Shown: one piece after another, positions 1 through 11,862 of the stretch
How positions within the stretch are numbered: position 1 is the first letter of the stretch
Layout: each line of letters starts with the position of its first letter
Assembly (NCBI GenBank): GCA_951406725.2
Contig: OX597828.1
Coordinates: 49,476,001 to 49,540,000 of the forward strand
Source of the DNA: Octopus vulgaris
Lineage: Eukaryota
Direction: 5' to 3'
Length of the DNA: 64,000 nucleotides
The notes under the pieces: generated by a model
What the model was told of the DNA's origin: nothing
Seen by the model: only the letters and a program-made list of their open reading frames with translations
The model's database searches: none
Position numbers and translations under genes: made by a program

Positions 1-38
<38 letters not shown>

Positions 39-40
39 CT

Positions 41-80
<40 letters not shown>

Positions 81-212
81 GTCATTATAAGCAGCTAGGC
101 GCAATATAATACCATAAAGGAAAAATTTTATCGCCACTAATTGTGACTGGGGGCTGAAACACCTATGTTGCAAGAAATAGAGTTAAAAACTCTTGACGCC
201 GTAAGAAGCGTG

Positions 213-256
<44 letters not shown>

Positions 257-271
257 GTATATATATATATA

Positions 272-490
272 TAACGGGAAGCTTTATGAAAATAAACAAA
301 AGACGAAGGCAGGTGGAGTACAAACAAACAATTGAATTAGTATGGCGCTCAGGAATATAAATAAAACAAGTCTTTTACGTTTCGAGCCTACGCTCTTCGA
401 CAGAAAGATACACAGAAAAGAAACACGGAGAGAAACAAGGAGAGAAAAAAAATGCATGCAGAAGCTAGCGATTCAACATGGCGATTCTGG
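272..490 (-). mobile_element. Short non-autonomous Penelope-like (pLTR/retrozyme-like) element carrying a hammerhead-like motif, 3' end abutting (TA)n
   Basis: Minus strand reads ATCGCCATGTTGAATCGCTAG...TCTTT-CTGTCGA-A-GAGC-GTAG-GCTC-GAAA-CGTA-AAAGA...TTCCTGAGCG...CCACCTGCCTTCGTCTTTTG...(TA)n. Homologous segments occur at 1555-1740, 20689-20793 and 41957-42147. Confidence 0.6.
371..408 (-). ncRNA. Minimal type I hammerhead-like ribozyme motif (variant core CUGUCGA)
   Basis: Stem I UCUUU/AAAGA, core CUGUCGA plus an extra A, stem II GAGC-GUAG-GCUC, then GAAA and palindromic ACGU with a GUA triplet. Confidence 0.6.
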
Positions 491-1554
491 CCAGAAGTCA
501 GAGACCAAACGTGATACATTGACTGGAGAGATAACCGCCCTATGAACATCTCTTAGGATCACTTGCCTAGACTAGTTTCGCCTATCAGATTTGTGTGCGT
601 GTGTGTATGTGTGTGTGTGTGTGTATACGTGCATACTTTAAGTCCGTTTAAGTGAAACGTTTTTGAGTGCGCTCATTAAAGCTCTTATGTTATTTATTCC
701 GGCTACTGTTCATTGTTCCTATCTTCCAGAGAAATCTTATGTGAAGGCTTTTATTTTGGCGCCGCTATAGCGTGCGATGAATATAGTAATAACATGAATT
801 TTGCAAATCATATTTGTAAAGTCCTATGGATGGGGAATACTACAACTAAACCATGGCGTCTGCTTACCTGAAGCAGACCGGGAATAGAGAGGACCTATCC
901 TTGACGAGACTGCAATGGAGACAAAAAGACTTTGCTGACTGATTGATTGATCGATGGAGTAAACGATTAATCAAACAATGGATTAGTTAATTGGTTCAAT
1001 GTTAACTTATTGATCATTAACAATAAAAGAAGTGAAGAAAAGCCAGTGCGTGTGTTACTATTGACATAACGGCCGTCCCGAGACACAACAAAATCCGTTT
1101 CAACACGCGAGTTCACAACAATAACCTTGCATATCAAATACAAAGCCGAAATACCAATCGTTTAAGCTGAATCGTAGATGTAACCATGATGTTCTGGTGA
1201 TCTGATGTGTTTGCTCCCTTTCTTTGCTATAATTTGCGACAAAAAAATTGTATAATGCTGAATAGAACATACCTATTGATGCAAACGTGTATGTATAGTT
1301 TTCGCATGCTGAAATTAATAATACAACATGAAGAAGGTTACGAAACGGCTGTAATCATATGGAAGTCATACGGAAGACTAAATTTTATTGCTCAGATTTT
1401 CTGAGCTTTCAGTCACACGGTCACATCATATTACGTTACATTGTAATTTATTATTACGCAAATTGATAGCCGATTCCGAATGGTGGAACTTGCTGTGATA
1501 GCCGCACGAGCTTCTGAAACCATATTTTATATTTTATCACGACACTGAAACAAG

Positions 1555-1740
1555 TAAAACAAAAGACGACGACAGGTGAGGGAAAAACAAGCAGGTGTGT
1601 TAGTTTGACGCTCAGGAACAATGGAAAAGTTTTCGACGTTTCAAGCCTACGCACTTGACAGAAAGGGCTGAGAGGGGAAAAAATGGAGAGAGAACGAAAA
1701 AAAAGAGAAAGAAAAACGCTAAGAGAAAAACTGTATAGGG
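1555..1740 (-). mobile_element. Diverged copy of the hammerhead-bearing short element
   Basis: Plus strand AAACAAAAGACGACGACAGGTG...GACGCTCAGGAA...GACGTTTCAAGCCTACGCACTTGACAGAAAG aligns with 295-410. The hammerhead core is decayed. Confidence 0.55.
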
Positions 1741-2009
1741 ATAACGATTCAACGCGGACTAGATGAAACAGGGACAACTGAAGAAGGGGAATATTCTTTA
1801 TGTTGTATGTCTCGTTTCTCTGTTTGTTTGTTTTTTTCGTTGTTACCCCCCAAAAAGTTCGTTTCTATGTTTTCGTTTCTCATTGTGTTCAACGTTTTTT
1901 TAATGTCCTGTACCCATATATGCATGTATATATACATATAGATGTAGGTATGTACATATATGTATATATGCATATATTTATATATTATTTATATTATGTG
2001 TGTGTGTGT

Positions 2010-2070
<61 letters not shown>

Positions 2071-2289
2071 TCATTCGATATGAAATCAACCAGAGCTGTA
2101 CACGTGACCAACTCGGATTTAGCTCAAAGTTTTTTTGTCTTTTTTTTTTGGTAATACCTCTGTATGCATAAGGTCCAACTCCTAAAGATTTCAAAGATAT
2201 GCCCCGCCAAAATTTGAGACCCACACCCCTTGTGGAACGCGATGTCAATTTATACATATTTTCGTGCTGAATATCTTTAAAGCTAACCA

Positions 2290-2344
<55 letters not shown>

Positions 2345-2352
<8 letters not shown>

Positions 2353-2812
2353 TGTGTCTGTATTTATCTCCACACCGTCACTTGACAACTGATGTTGGTG
2401 TGTTTATGTCTCCGTAACCTAGCGATTCGGCAAAAGAGAACGACAGACTAAGTACTAGGCTTACAAAGAAAAAGTCAAGGAGTCGATTTGTTCGACTAAA
2501 GACGAATTTCTTTACTACCCACAAGGGGCTAAACATAGAGGGGACAAACAAGGACAGACAAACGGATTAAGTCGATTATATCGACCCCAGTGCGTAACTG
2601 GTACTTATTTAATCAACCCCGAAAGGATGAAAGGCAAAGTCGATCTCGGCGGAATTTGAACTCAGAACGTAGCGGCAGACGAAATAGCGCTAAGCATTTC
2701 GCCCGGCGTGCTAACGTTTCTGCCAGCTCGCCTTGTTCGACTAAAGGCGGTGCTCAGCATGGCCACAGTCAAATGACTGAAACAAGTAAGCGAATAAAGG
2801 AATAAAAAGAAT
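2345..2812 (+). mobile_element. SINE family A, 3' half, with a nested SINE B
   Basis: CTTGACAACTGATGTTGGTGTGTTTATGTC...GGCGGTGCTCAGCATGGCCACAGTCAAATGACTGAAACAAGTAA matches the other copies. Confidence 0.85.
2505..2732 (-). mobile_element. SINE family B, full length, nested in SINE A
   Basis: Reverse complement of GGCGAGCTGGCAGAAACGTTAGCACGCC...GTAGTAAAGAAAT. TSD TTGTTCGACTAAAG(A/G)CG at 2488-2504 and 2733-2749. Confidence 0.9.
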
Positions 2813-3515
2813 ATACCAACTTCGAATGAAAAAGGGAAGATAATTTCAAGAATAAAAATTGATATGCTATTGAGGATAAAGATAATTTGATTGTTTGAAA
2901 GACTTAGAGGAGAGCAGTAATATTTGTTTCTGCCTCAATAGCTGTCACCAGCGCAGCAGTCGTCCTATCTAATGTTAAGTAGACATACCAAAAAAAAAAA
3001 AAAATTACATAAATTGGTTACCATTTCGCGCAGGTCAAGCCACAACTAAACGGCCTGTGTGCGTTTCACTTTGTTCTAAATTGTAAACAAGGATTCGGTG
3101 TTCAATTCCAGGTTAACCATCAACAAATTTAATTAAATAGAATTTGATTAAAACAAAATTGTCAACCCTCCACCTACTCTTCCGCCCACTCTACCTCGCC
3201 CACCCACCCGCACTCCTTTCGTTCTATTACTCATGTCTTTTACTCTCCCCCTCCCCCATCGTTAAACTCTTCACTTTCTTTACTCTCCCTCCACCCTTGC
3301 TTTCCTTTTGCTCGTTATTCAATTCACTTCCTTCTCCTCCTCCTCCTCTTCCTCCTACTCCCCCCCCCACTTTCTAACTCATGATCGCTTTTACGTTCCC
3401 CCATCCCTCTCCTCACACTTTAACCAATCCTTAATTCGCCCACCCCTTCCTCCCTCATTAACTCTCTCTCTTTCAATTCAACACCACCCTTCTCTCTGTC
3501 TGTCATTCTGTCTAT

Positions 3516-3554
<39 letters not shown>

Positions 3555-3589
3555 TCTCTCATCCATGCTTCTTCCTATTACAGTTCTAC

Positions 3590-4125
3590 GCATATACTCA
3601 CTCACACACACACACACGCGCACACACACACGCGCACACACACACACGCATACACACACACATACACACATACACACACACGCACAAGCACACACACACA
3701 CATATGCACTTATGTACACATACACAGATATGTGCATACACACAAATATATATTTATAATATACTCATGTATGTACACATGCACACACACTTGTACACAC
3801 ACGTACATATGAGCAGCATATCACTACACATATACACACATGCATAAATGTACACAGACGCACGTATATATTCACAGACAAGTACACATACGCACACACG
3901 TGTACAGATATAGACACATGCACACATTCATATATACACGTATATACACATACAAATATATATACATATATAACACACACATGCACACATATGTACAGAT
4001 ACACATGTGAACTACGTATGAACACATATGTACACACACACACATACACAACACACAACACACACACACAACACACACACACATACACACACACACACAC
4101 ACACAACACACACACACATACACAC

Positions 4126-4192
<67 letters not shown>

Positions 4193-4276
4193 CACACACA
4201 CACACACAACACACACACACATACACAACACACATACATACACATACACCACACACACACACATACACAACACACA

Positions 4277-4339
<63 letters not shown>

Positions 4340-4835
4340 CACACACACACATACACAACACACACACACAACACACACACACAACACACACACATACACA
4401 ACACACACACACATACACAACACACATACACAACACACACACACATACACAACACACACACACACAACACACATACACATACACCACACACACACACATA
4501 CACAACACACACATACACAACACACACGCGCACATACACAACACACACACACACATACACAAATACACAACACACTCACACACATACACAGCACACACAC
4601 ACACACAACACACACACACATACACACACACACACACACATACACAACACACACACGCATACATAAACTACATATTCCTCACTTTCAATATAATCACACA
4701 CACATACACACACACACACATACATAAACACACACATACATATTGACATGCACATATATAGGGAAGTACATATAAACACATAGACATACATATTCAAACA
4801 CACATACATGTTCACATACATACACACACACACAC
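3590..4835. repeat. Long compound (CA)n/(CATA)n microsatellite
   Basis: Directly visible; source of the HT/CV ORFs. Confidence 0.95.
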
Positions 4836-5197
4836 AATTGCTTCCCTTCTCTTTAGATCCACCACTACCACCGCCACCACCACACCCACTATCCCACTGC
4901 CACCACTATCACAACCTATACCATTATCACCACTATCCCCATCATCATCATCACTACCATCACCATCACCATCATCACTATCATTGCTATCGTCTTCCTC
5001 TGCCTTCTCCTCTTGCTCGTTGTCATCATCATCATCATCGACTTAATCATCATCGTCGTGGTCGTCGTCGTCACCACCACCATCAGCAGCAGCAGCGGTA
5101 GAAGTAGTTAGAATGAGATGGGGAGGGGGGTCACGATATCTTCAGTGATGTCGTCGTCGTGTGTTTAGTGAAGGAAATGAATCTTTTCTGTTGTTAT

Positions 5198-5244
<47 letters not shown>

Positions 5245-5719
5245 AGAAGGAGTAGGGAGAGGTGTACAGATACAGAGAGGTGGAAGGGTTGGGAGAGAAG
5301 CAGAGAGAGTAAACGTAACACAGACTGAGAACGAAAACGTATAAAGAGTGTGTGATGAGAGAAAGAGAGAGAGAGAAGATGATAGAAGGGGGGGGGGGGG
5401 GAAAGTTAATATTGGAGATAAAGAGAGAAAGAAAGAGGAGAGAGTTGATATCTAAAGAGAGAGAGAGAGAGAGAGAAAGAGAGTGAGAGAGAGAGACAGG
5501 GTTAATAATGGATTGAGAAAGAGAGAAATAATTATACTGGTGTTTATATATATGTGTGTGTGTGTGTTGTGTGTGTGTGTGTATACATAATGAGATAGAG
5601 TAAGAGTTAATATTCAGAGAGTAAGAGATAGAGACAAAGACAGGGTAATGATAAAACACAAACATATCTAAAACTACATAGGTTCATATATATACATATA
5701 TATACATACACATACCTAT

Positions 5720-5743
5720 ATATATTTATACATGCATAACTAC

Positions 5744-5787
<44 letters not shown>

Positions 5788-5805
5788 ATATTTATACATA
5801 CATTA

Positions 5806-5871
<66 letters not shown>

Positions 5872-5901
5872 ATATTTATACATGCATTAATACATACATA
5901 C

Positions 5902-5955
<54 letters not shown>

Positions 5956-5985
5956 ATATTTATACATGCATTAATACATACATAC

Positions 5986-6025
<40 letters not shown>

Positions 6026-6092
6026 ATATTTATACATGCATAAATACATACACACACACACACATACACACATATATATATATATATATATA
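5720..6092. repeat. Higher-order repeat: CAGAAATATTTATACATGCATTAATACATAC+(TA)n, 4 copies
   Basis: The unit recurs near 5783, 5867, 5951 and 6021. Confidence 0.9.
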
Positions 6093-6726
6093 TAACCGTA
6101 TAGGAGCAGCTTTGAAATGTACGTTATGAGGTTACTACCCAGATGGATATTGAAATAAATACATTTATATGTGTGTGTGTGTGTGTGTAATGGTAAATAG
6201 AAAGATATAGAGCGAAAGAGAAAGAGGGATGGGTAAGAGAGAGAGAGAGGGAGAGAGAGAGAGAGAGGAAAGAAGGAGGGATAAGAGAGAGAGAGAGAGA
6301 GATAATGAGAAGTGAGTGGGGGGGGAGGTGAGAGACCCAGGGAGGAAGGAAGTGGTTAGTGTTGTTGTAACTAATATTGTTGATGATAATGATGATTAAT
6401 TGCACGTCATAACATACCACCGCCGCCGCCACCACCACCACCACCACCTCCATTGCCGCCGCCGCCATCGCCACCTCCTTTACTACAATAACTATCACCG
6501 CCATTAATATAATTACCGTTCCCAACCACTGCCATAATAGCAACCACAATCACCGCCGCCCCCAACACGACCACCACCACCACCACTTATGCTACTACCA
6601 ATACCGCAATAATACCACCAGAACCATCACGGTGCTTCTATGTGGTTGCTCAGAGTACAAGAAATAACAGTCGAATTTCCCTTCAATCGCGGCATATTAT
6701 CTTACAATGAGATATGACATAATCTA

Positions 6727-7292
6727 TTGGGTTGTCCGGAAAGTTCGTGCCGATTTATTGTAACTTACTTTTCGACTTATTTTAGAACATGGTTGAGTCC
6801 ATGAAATAGGATGTGACTACACCTCCATTTAGAGCACAGTTTAAGCTATCTTTTCGTGGAAGAAGGTTTATGTTCCTATAACCTGTGTTAATTCTGTAAC
6901 CCTTTAAAATGGAAGATAAGAAAGTTGATTTTCGGCACTTGATGCTTTGGGAACCAGTAAAAAAATTGCTGCAGCTCAGCTGGAATGTGTTACCCCAGTC
7001 TCCCTATTCACCAGTTATTGCTCCTTCGGATTTCCACTTATTCAGGTCTCTGCAGAATAGTCTAAATGGTAAACATTTCGATTCCTTGGATGACGTAAAA
7101 AGATACCTTGATGAATTCTTTGCCATGAAACCACCTCAATTCTGGGAAGAGGGTATTTTCAAGTTAGAGGAAAGATGGAGACGCATTGTGCAGCAAAATG
7201 GTTCATATTTGATTGATTAAAATGTAATGGCAAGTATTTATTGACCTTTATCTTTCCTTTAAAAATCGGCACGAACTTTCCGGACAACCCAA
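6727..7292 (+). mobile_element. Internally deleted mariner transposon (566 bp)
   Basis: Perfect 30-bp TIRs TTGGGTTGTCCGGAAAGTTCGTGCCGATTT (6727-6756 / 7263-7292). TA duplications at 6725-6726 and 7293-7294. Confidence 0.95.
6909..7220 (+). pseudogene. Mariner transposase remnant: in-frame fusion of N-terminus and C-terminus (103 aa)
   Basis: MEDKKVDFRHLMLW joined to LQLSWNVLPQSPYSPVIAPSDFHLFRSLQN...GIFKLEERWRRIVQQNGSY, containing a YSPDLAPSD-like motif. Confidence 0.9.
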
Positions 7293-7545
7293 TACTTAGT
7301 TGTGAGATATACCCAACGAAAGACGGGACGGTCATGCCAGGGATCCCATTGATTATAGGTCGACTAATTCAATGTTGCCTTAGAGCCAAAACAACAATTT
7401 CTTTATGTACTGTTCGGTCAGCACTCCTACTGTGACTATCCCCTTTGAATATATCAATGTGATTTTCTTGGGTTAGAAAGTGTAAACAACAAACTTTACT
7501 GTTGGCCGTCCCGTAGATAATGCGATGATAATGTATGTATTTCTT

Positions 7546-7746
7546 TTTCTTTTACTCGTTTCAGTCACGTGACTGTGGGCCATGCTGGAGCACCGCCTTT
7601 AGTCGAGCAAATCGAGCCCAGGACTTATTCTTTGCAGGCCTAGTACTTATACTATCGGTCTGTTTTTGCCGAACCGTTTAGTGACGGGGACGTAAACACA
7701 CCAGCATCGGTTGTCAAGCTATTTTGGGGGGACAAACACAGACACA

Positions 7747-7827
<81 letters not shown>

Positions 7828-7983
7828 GACAGGGCTTCTTTCAGTTTCCGTCTACCAAATCCACTCACAAGGCTTTGGTCGGCCCGAGGCTATAGTAGAA
7901 GACACTTGCCCAAGGTGCCACGCAGTGGGACTGAACCCGGAACCATGTGGTTGGTAAGCAAGCTACTTACCACACAGCCACCC
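7546..7983 (-). mobile_element. SINE family A, full length (tRNA-like head, CORE-like block, internal microsatellite, 3' module)
   Basis: Head TGGCTGTGTGGTAAG...GGTTCAGTCCC (A/B-box-like), CCTTGGGCAAGTGTCTT, (TA)n(TG)n, and tail CAGCATGGCC...ACTGAAAC. Confidence 0.9.
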
Positions 7984-8094
7984 CTGTATGTATGTATGTA
8001 TATATGAGCTCTTCTCTTTCTCTTTTTAATTTAGAGTAAATTTTGACCGGTTACCTTCTTAGTGGCAAGATTGTGAAGGAAAGCATCTTGTTTT

Positions 8095-8545
8095 GCTCAT
8101 CATCCTTTAAATCTTAAGAAGGTCTGGGAGATTTTTTATAGTCCTTGATATCGCTATCATTTGTAGAGCATGAATTAAGGATTTACGTTCTCCCCCCGAG
8201 AAACCAATCACAGCCATACTTTGCTCCAGGCAGTTTGGTATGTATGTTGTTGCTCCAATAATAATAGGTATAAAACTGAAAGTATATATTGGCTAACTCC
8301 TTATTAGCGCTCCATAGATATCCTCTTTCTCTTGTATTTTTCTAACGACATTGGTGTCCAGAGAGCAGCTGATTTCCACAACAGAACATATCTCTTCGTT
8401 GTGGTCCCACACTACGATATCTGGTCGGTTGTGTTTTAACTTGGTGACTGTTTAATTTGTAAGTTCTACCGATATTTTTTTGACCCATCAACCTCAGTAT
8501 AGTCAACTTCGACTTTAGGTGTTTTCTTTTTCGTTATCCAATTCT
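8095..8545 (-). mobile_element. R4/Dong-like non-LTR retrotransposon, restriction-like endonuclease fragment
   Basis: Minus strand translates as LKHNRPDIVVWDHNEEICSVVEISCSLDTNVVRKIQEKEDIYGALIRS...FSFIPIIIGA, matching the RLE PD..E/D...K pattern. Confidence 0.8.
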
Positions 8546-8550
8546 AGACC

Positions 8551-8946
8551 TGTATGTATGTATGTATGTATGTATGTATGTATGTATGTATGTATGTATG
8601 TATGTATGTATGTATGTATGTATGTATGCATGTATGTATGTATGTATGTATGTTATGTATGTATGCATGTATGTATGTATGTATGTATGTATGCATGTAT
8701 GTATGTATGCATGTTTGTATGTATGTATGCATATATGTATATATGTATGTATGTATGTATGTATGCATGTATGTATGTATGTATGTATGTATGCATGTAT
8801 GTATGCATGTATGTATGTATGTTTGTATGTATGTATGTTTGTATGTATGCATGTGTGTATGTATGTACGTATGTATGCATGTATGTATGTATGTATGTAT
8901 GTATGCATGTATGTATGTATGCATGTTTGTATGTATGTATGTATGC

Positions 8947-8979
<33 letters not shown>

Positions 8980-9112
8980 TGCATGTATGTACATACGTAT
9001 GTATGTATGTATGTATGTATGTATGTATGTATGTATGTATGCATGCATGCATGCATGCATGTATGTATGTATGTATGTATGTATGTATGTATGTATGTAT
9101 GTATGTATGCAT
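8551..9112. repeat. (TATG)n microsatellite
   Basis: Directly visible. Confidence 0.95.
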
Positions 9113-9273
9113 GTCTGGTCACTCGTAGTGCTACTAGCAATATGTAACCTAGTACAACATGTCGCATGGTAGTGCCGTCGCGTGTAAACCGTCAACCCTA
9201 CCAAGCCTGCTTGGTTAGGAGAGTGGTTTTCGTTGGACACGCCAGCAAAAAGAAAACCTGTGAAAAGACAAAC

Positions 9274-9670
9274 GAGTGGCTGTGTGGTAAGTAGCTTGCT
9301 AACCAACCACGTGGTTCTGGGTTCAGTCTCACTGCGTGGCATCTTGGGCAAGTGTTTTCTGCTATAACCCCGGGCCGACCAATGCCTTGTGAGTGGATTT
9401 GGTAGACGGAAACTGAAAGAAGCCTGTCGTATATATGTATGTATATATATATGTGTTTGTGTGTCTGTGTTTGTCCCCCCAACATCGTTTGACAACCGAT
9501 GCTGGTGTGTTTACGTCCCGTCACTTAGCGGTTCGGCACAAGAGACCGATAGAATAAGTACTGGGCTTACAAAGAATAAGTCCCGGGGTCGATTTGCTCG
9601 ACTAAAAGGCGGTGCTCCAGCATGGCCGCAGTCAAATGACTGAAACAAGTAAAAGAGAAAGAGAAAAGAG
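9274..9670 (+). mobile_element. SINE family A, full length
   Basis: GAGTGGCTGTGTGGTAAGTAGC...GACTGAAACAAGTAAAAGAGAAAGAG. Confidence 0.9.
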
Positions 9671-10105
9671 AACTCAGCAGAGTCAATAGCCAACCAACAG
9701 CCGAGAGCGAGAGACCCTGAATCTTTATTTAGACATCTCTCTGGAAGGAATTTCCGAAATAACACCCACCTCATTGCGAAGCTGGAGATCTTGCTCCTGC
9801 TTGTTTCTGGGACTACTTGATTTTGTTAGGTGAAAGTCTTGGAGACGCTGTGCAAACTGTTATTGATTTGAAATGTCAGCACGAGCATTGCTGACAGCCA
9901 TTGTCTATAACATCTAGGGTAAGATAATTTGTCAGTGATGGTCATACTTGTCTAGGAGCTGACAGCTATCATGTACGTGCGTATATACGCATGTATGTAT
10001 GTATGTATGTATGTATGTATGTATGTATGTATGTATGTATGTATGTATGTATGTATGTATGTATGTATGTATGTATGTATGTATGTATGTATGTATGTAT
10101 GTATG

Positions 10106-10136
<31 letters not shown>

Positions 10137-10137
<1 letters not shown>

Positions 10138-10337
10138 GTTAATCCAAACAAGAAAACATAAAAAAACACAGCAACGCGAGGACGTGGAACAAATATAGTA
10201 TTATTGGACGCTCAGGAAAGAAGGGAAGAAGGAGGGTTTAACGTTTCGAGCGGAGCTTTTCGTCGGAAACATAGGAGAAGGGAAGATCCCGAGAAGGGAA
10301 GACAGAGGGAAAAAAATTGCTGGCGGTGCTCACAAGA
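10137..10337 (-). mobile_element. Second subfamily of the hammerhead-bearing short element, flanked by (TATG)n
   Basis: Minus strand GTTT-CCGACGA-A-AAGC-TCC-GCTC-GAAA-CGTT-AAAC (10236-10270), followed by the shared TTCCTGAGCG motif and a T-rich 3' end. Confidence 0.55.
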
Positions 10338-11289
10338 TGTATGTGTATATGTGTGTATGTATGTGTATTTGTATGAGAGATGTTTTTTTAATGTATAACA
10401 GTGGCCAAAGCAGTCAATATAAAGTGTAGACTTTAGCTGCATTTATTCATATGGAACCTTAAGTTACTACTTCGAGTTTCATGTTTCGTGATTTCTTGAT
10501 CGCTTCAGACAGTAATTGTTGATCTATAAAAGAAATGAAAAAGAAACATTTTTTTTTTTTAAATCGAAAAAATCCAAATCCACTTGCGCCTCGATCTCAA
10601 AATTTCATTGGTTAATCAACATCATGTGAGTCCCCAGTGAAAGAATACTTAGCTATAACTGGAAAAAAATATCAGAAAATACAAAAGTAGAAAAGAACAC
10701 TTTGTTTTTAAGAGGACATAAGTGTACTTCAGTTAATAAGGTACTTCACGTTTAACTTGAATTTTGATGATTGAGAATTTCTCAGTAATCTAAGTGTTTA
10801 AATAATTTGCCATTCAAACAGGCCGGGCGCACGAATTTTCTGAAGAGTGAGTGGCATGTATTTATTTGCGAAAATACATGATATAAAAGCTCCTTTCTTG
10901 GCATTTAGGATTCTACTGGATAGAGTTAGCCACCAGTTTTTCAGTTGCATCGTCTTTATTTCCTTCAAATTTGTATTGGTCCAAGGGTTTTCAACTGTTT
11001 TTTTTATCTATCGACCCCTTTGATTTTATTATGGTGGAACTCCACAACCATTCGATGTTTACATACATACATAATACATACATACATACATACATACATA
11101 CATACATACATACATACATACATACATACATACATACAAGACAAGATAACAAAAAAGAAAATGCCTACAAACGAAGTTGACTATATTGGAACCGACAAGT
11201 CAAAAGAATATTGAGAGAATCTAGAAATTAAAACAGCCACCAAGTTAAAACACAACCGGCCAGATATCGTTGTGTGGAACCACATCGAA

Positions 11290-11478
11290 GTGGAGGCGCA
11301 ATGGCCCAGTGGTTTGGGCAACAGACTCGCGGTCGTAAAACCGCGGTTTCGATTCCCAGACCGGGCATTGTGAGTGTTTATTGAGCAAAAACACCTAAGC
11401 TCCACGAGGCTCAGGCGGGGTGGGGGTGAACCCCGGTGTACTCTTTCACCACAACTTTCTCTCACTCTTTCTTCCTAC
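11290..11478 (+). mobile_element. tRNA-derived SINE (variant related to family C), nested in the LINE relic
   Basis: TGGCCCAGTGG (A box) and GGTTTCGATTCC (B box), followed by TTGAGCAAAAACAC. Confidence 0.7.
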
Positions 11479-11489
11479 TTCTGTCACAA

Positions 11490-11862
11490 AGCAGAGGAAC
11501 CATGGTGCAACCCACTATGGTGTGGTAAACTTTCAGACCCTAGTCTAGAGTGCGAATCCTCTGTACACCAGGATGGTTTAGCTCTCCACCCGTTAAAAAA
11601 AGCCACCGTTTATGGAATGAGGATAACAACGTGCAACCGCCAGTCTATCGCGGGTGGTGGGTGGATCTTCAAGTTGCTGCGTGCATTCTTAGTAGCTTAG
11701 AGTAGGCTCGAATTAGAGATTATTCTTTGTGGCTAATGGCGTGAGTCTTGATTGGAAGAAGAAGAAGAAGAAGAAGAAGAAGAAGAAGAAGAAGAAGAAG
11801 AAGAAGAAGAAGAAGAAGAAGAAGAAGAAGAAGAAGAAGGAGGAGGAGGAGGAGGAGGAGGG
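11490..11862 (+). mobile_element. Unclassified retroposed segment ending in a (GAA)n(GGA)n tail
   Basis: About 260 bp of GC-richer sequence followed by a long GAA tail, interrupting the RLE fragment. Confidence 0.4.

Noticed and set aside
3308-5101. Long ORFs rich in HT/CV/YI, and similar ORFs throughout the window
   Set aside because: They are translations of di- and tetranucleotide microsatellites, open in several frames on both strands, with no domain content.
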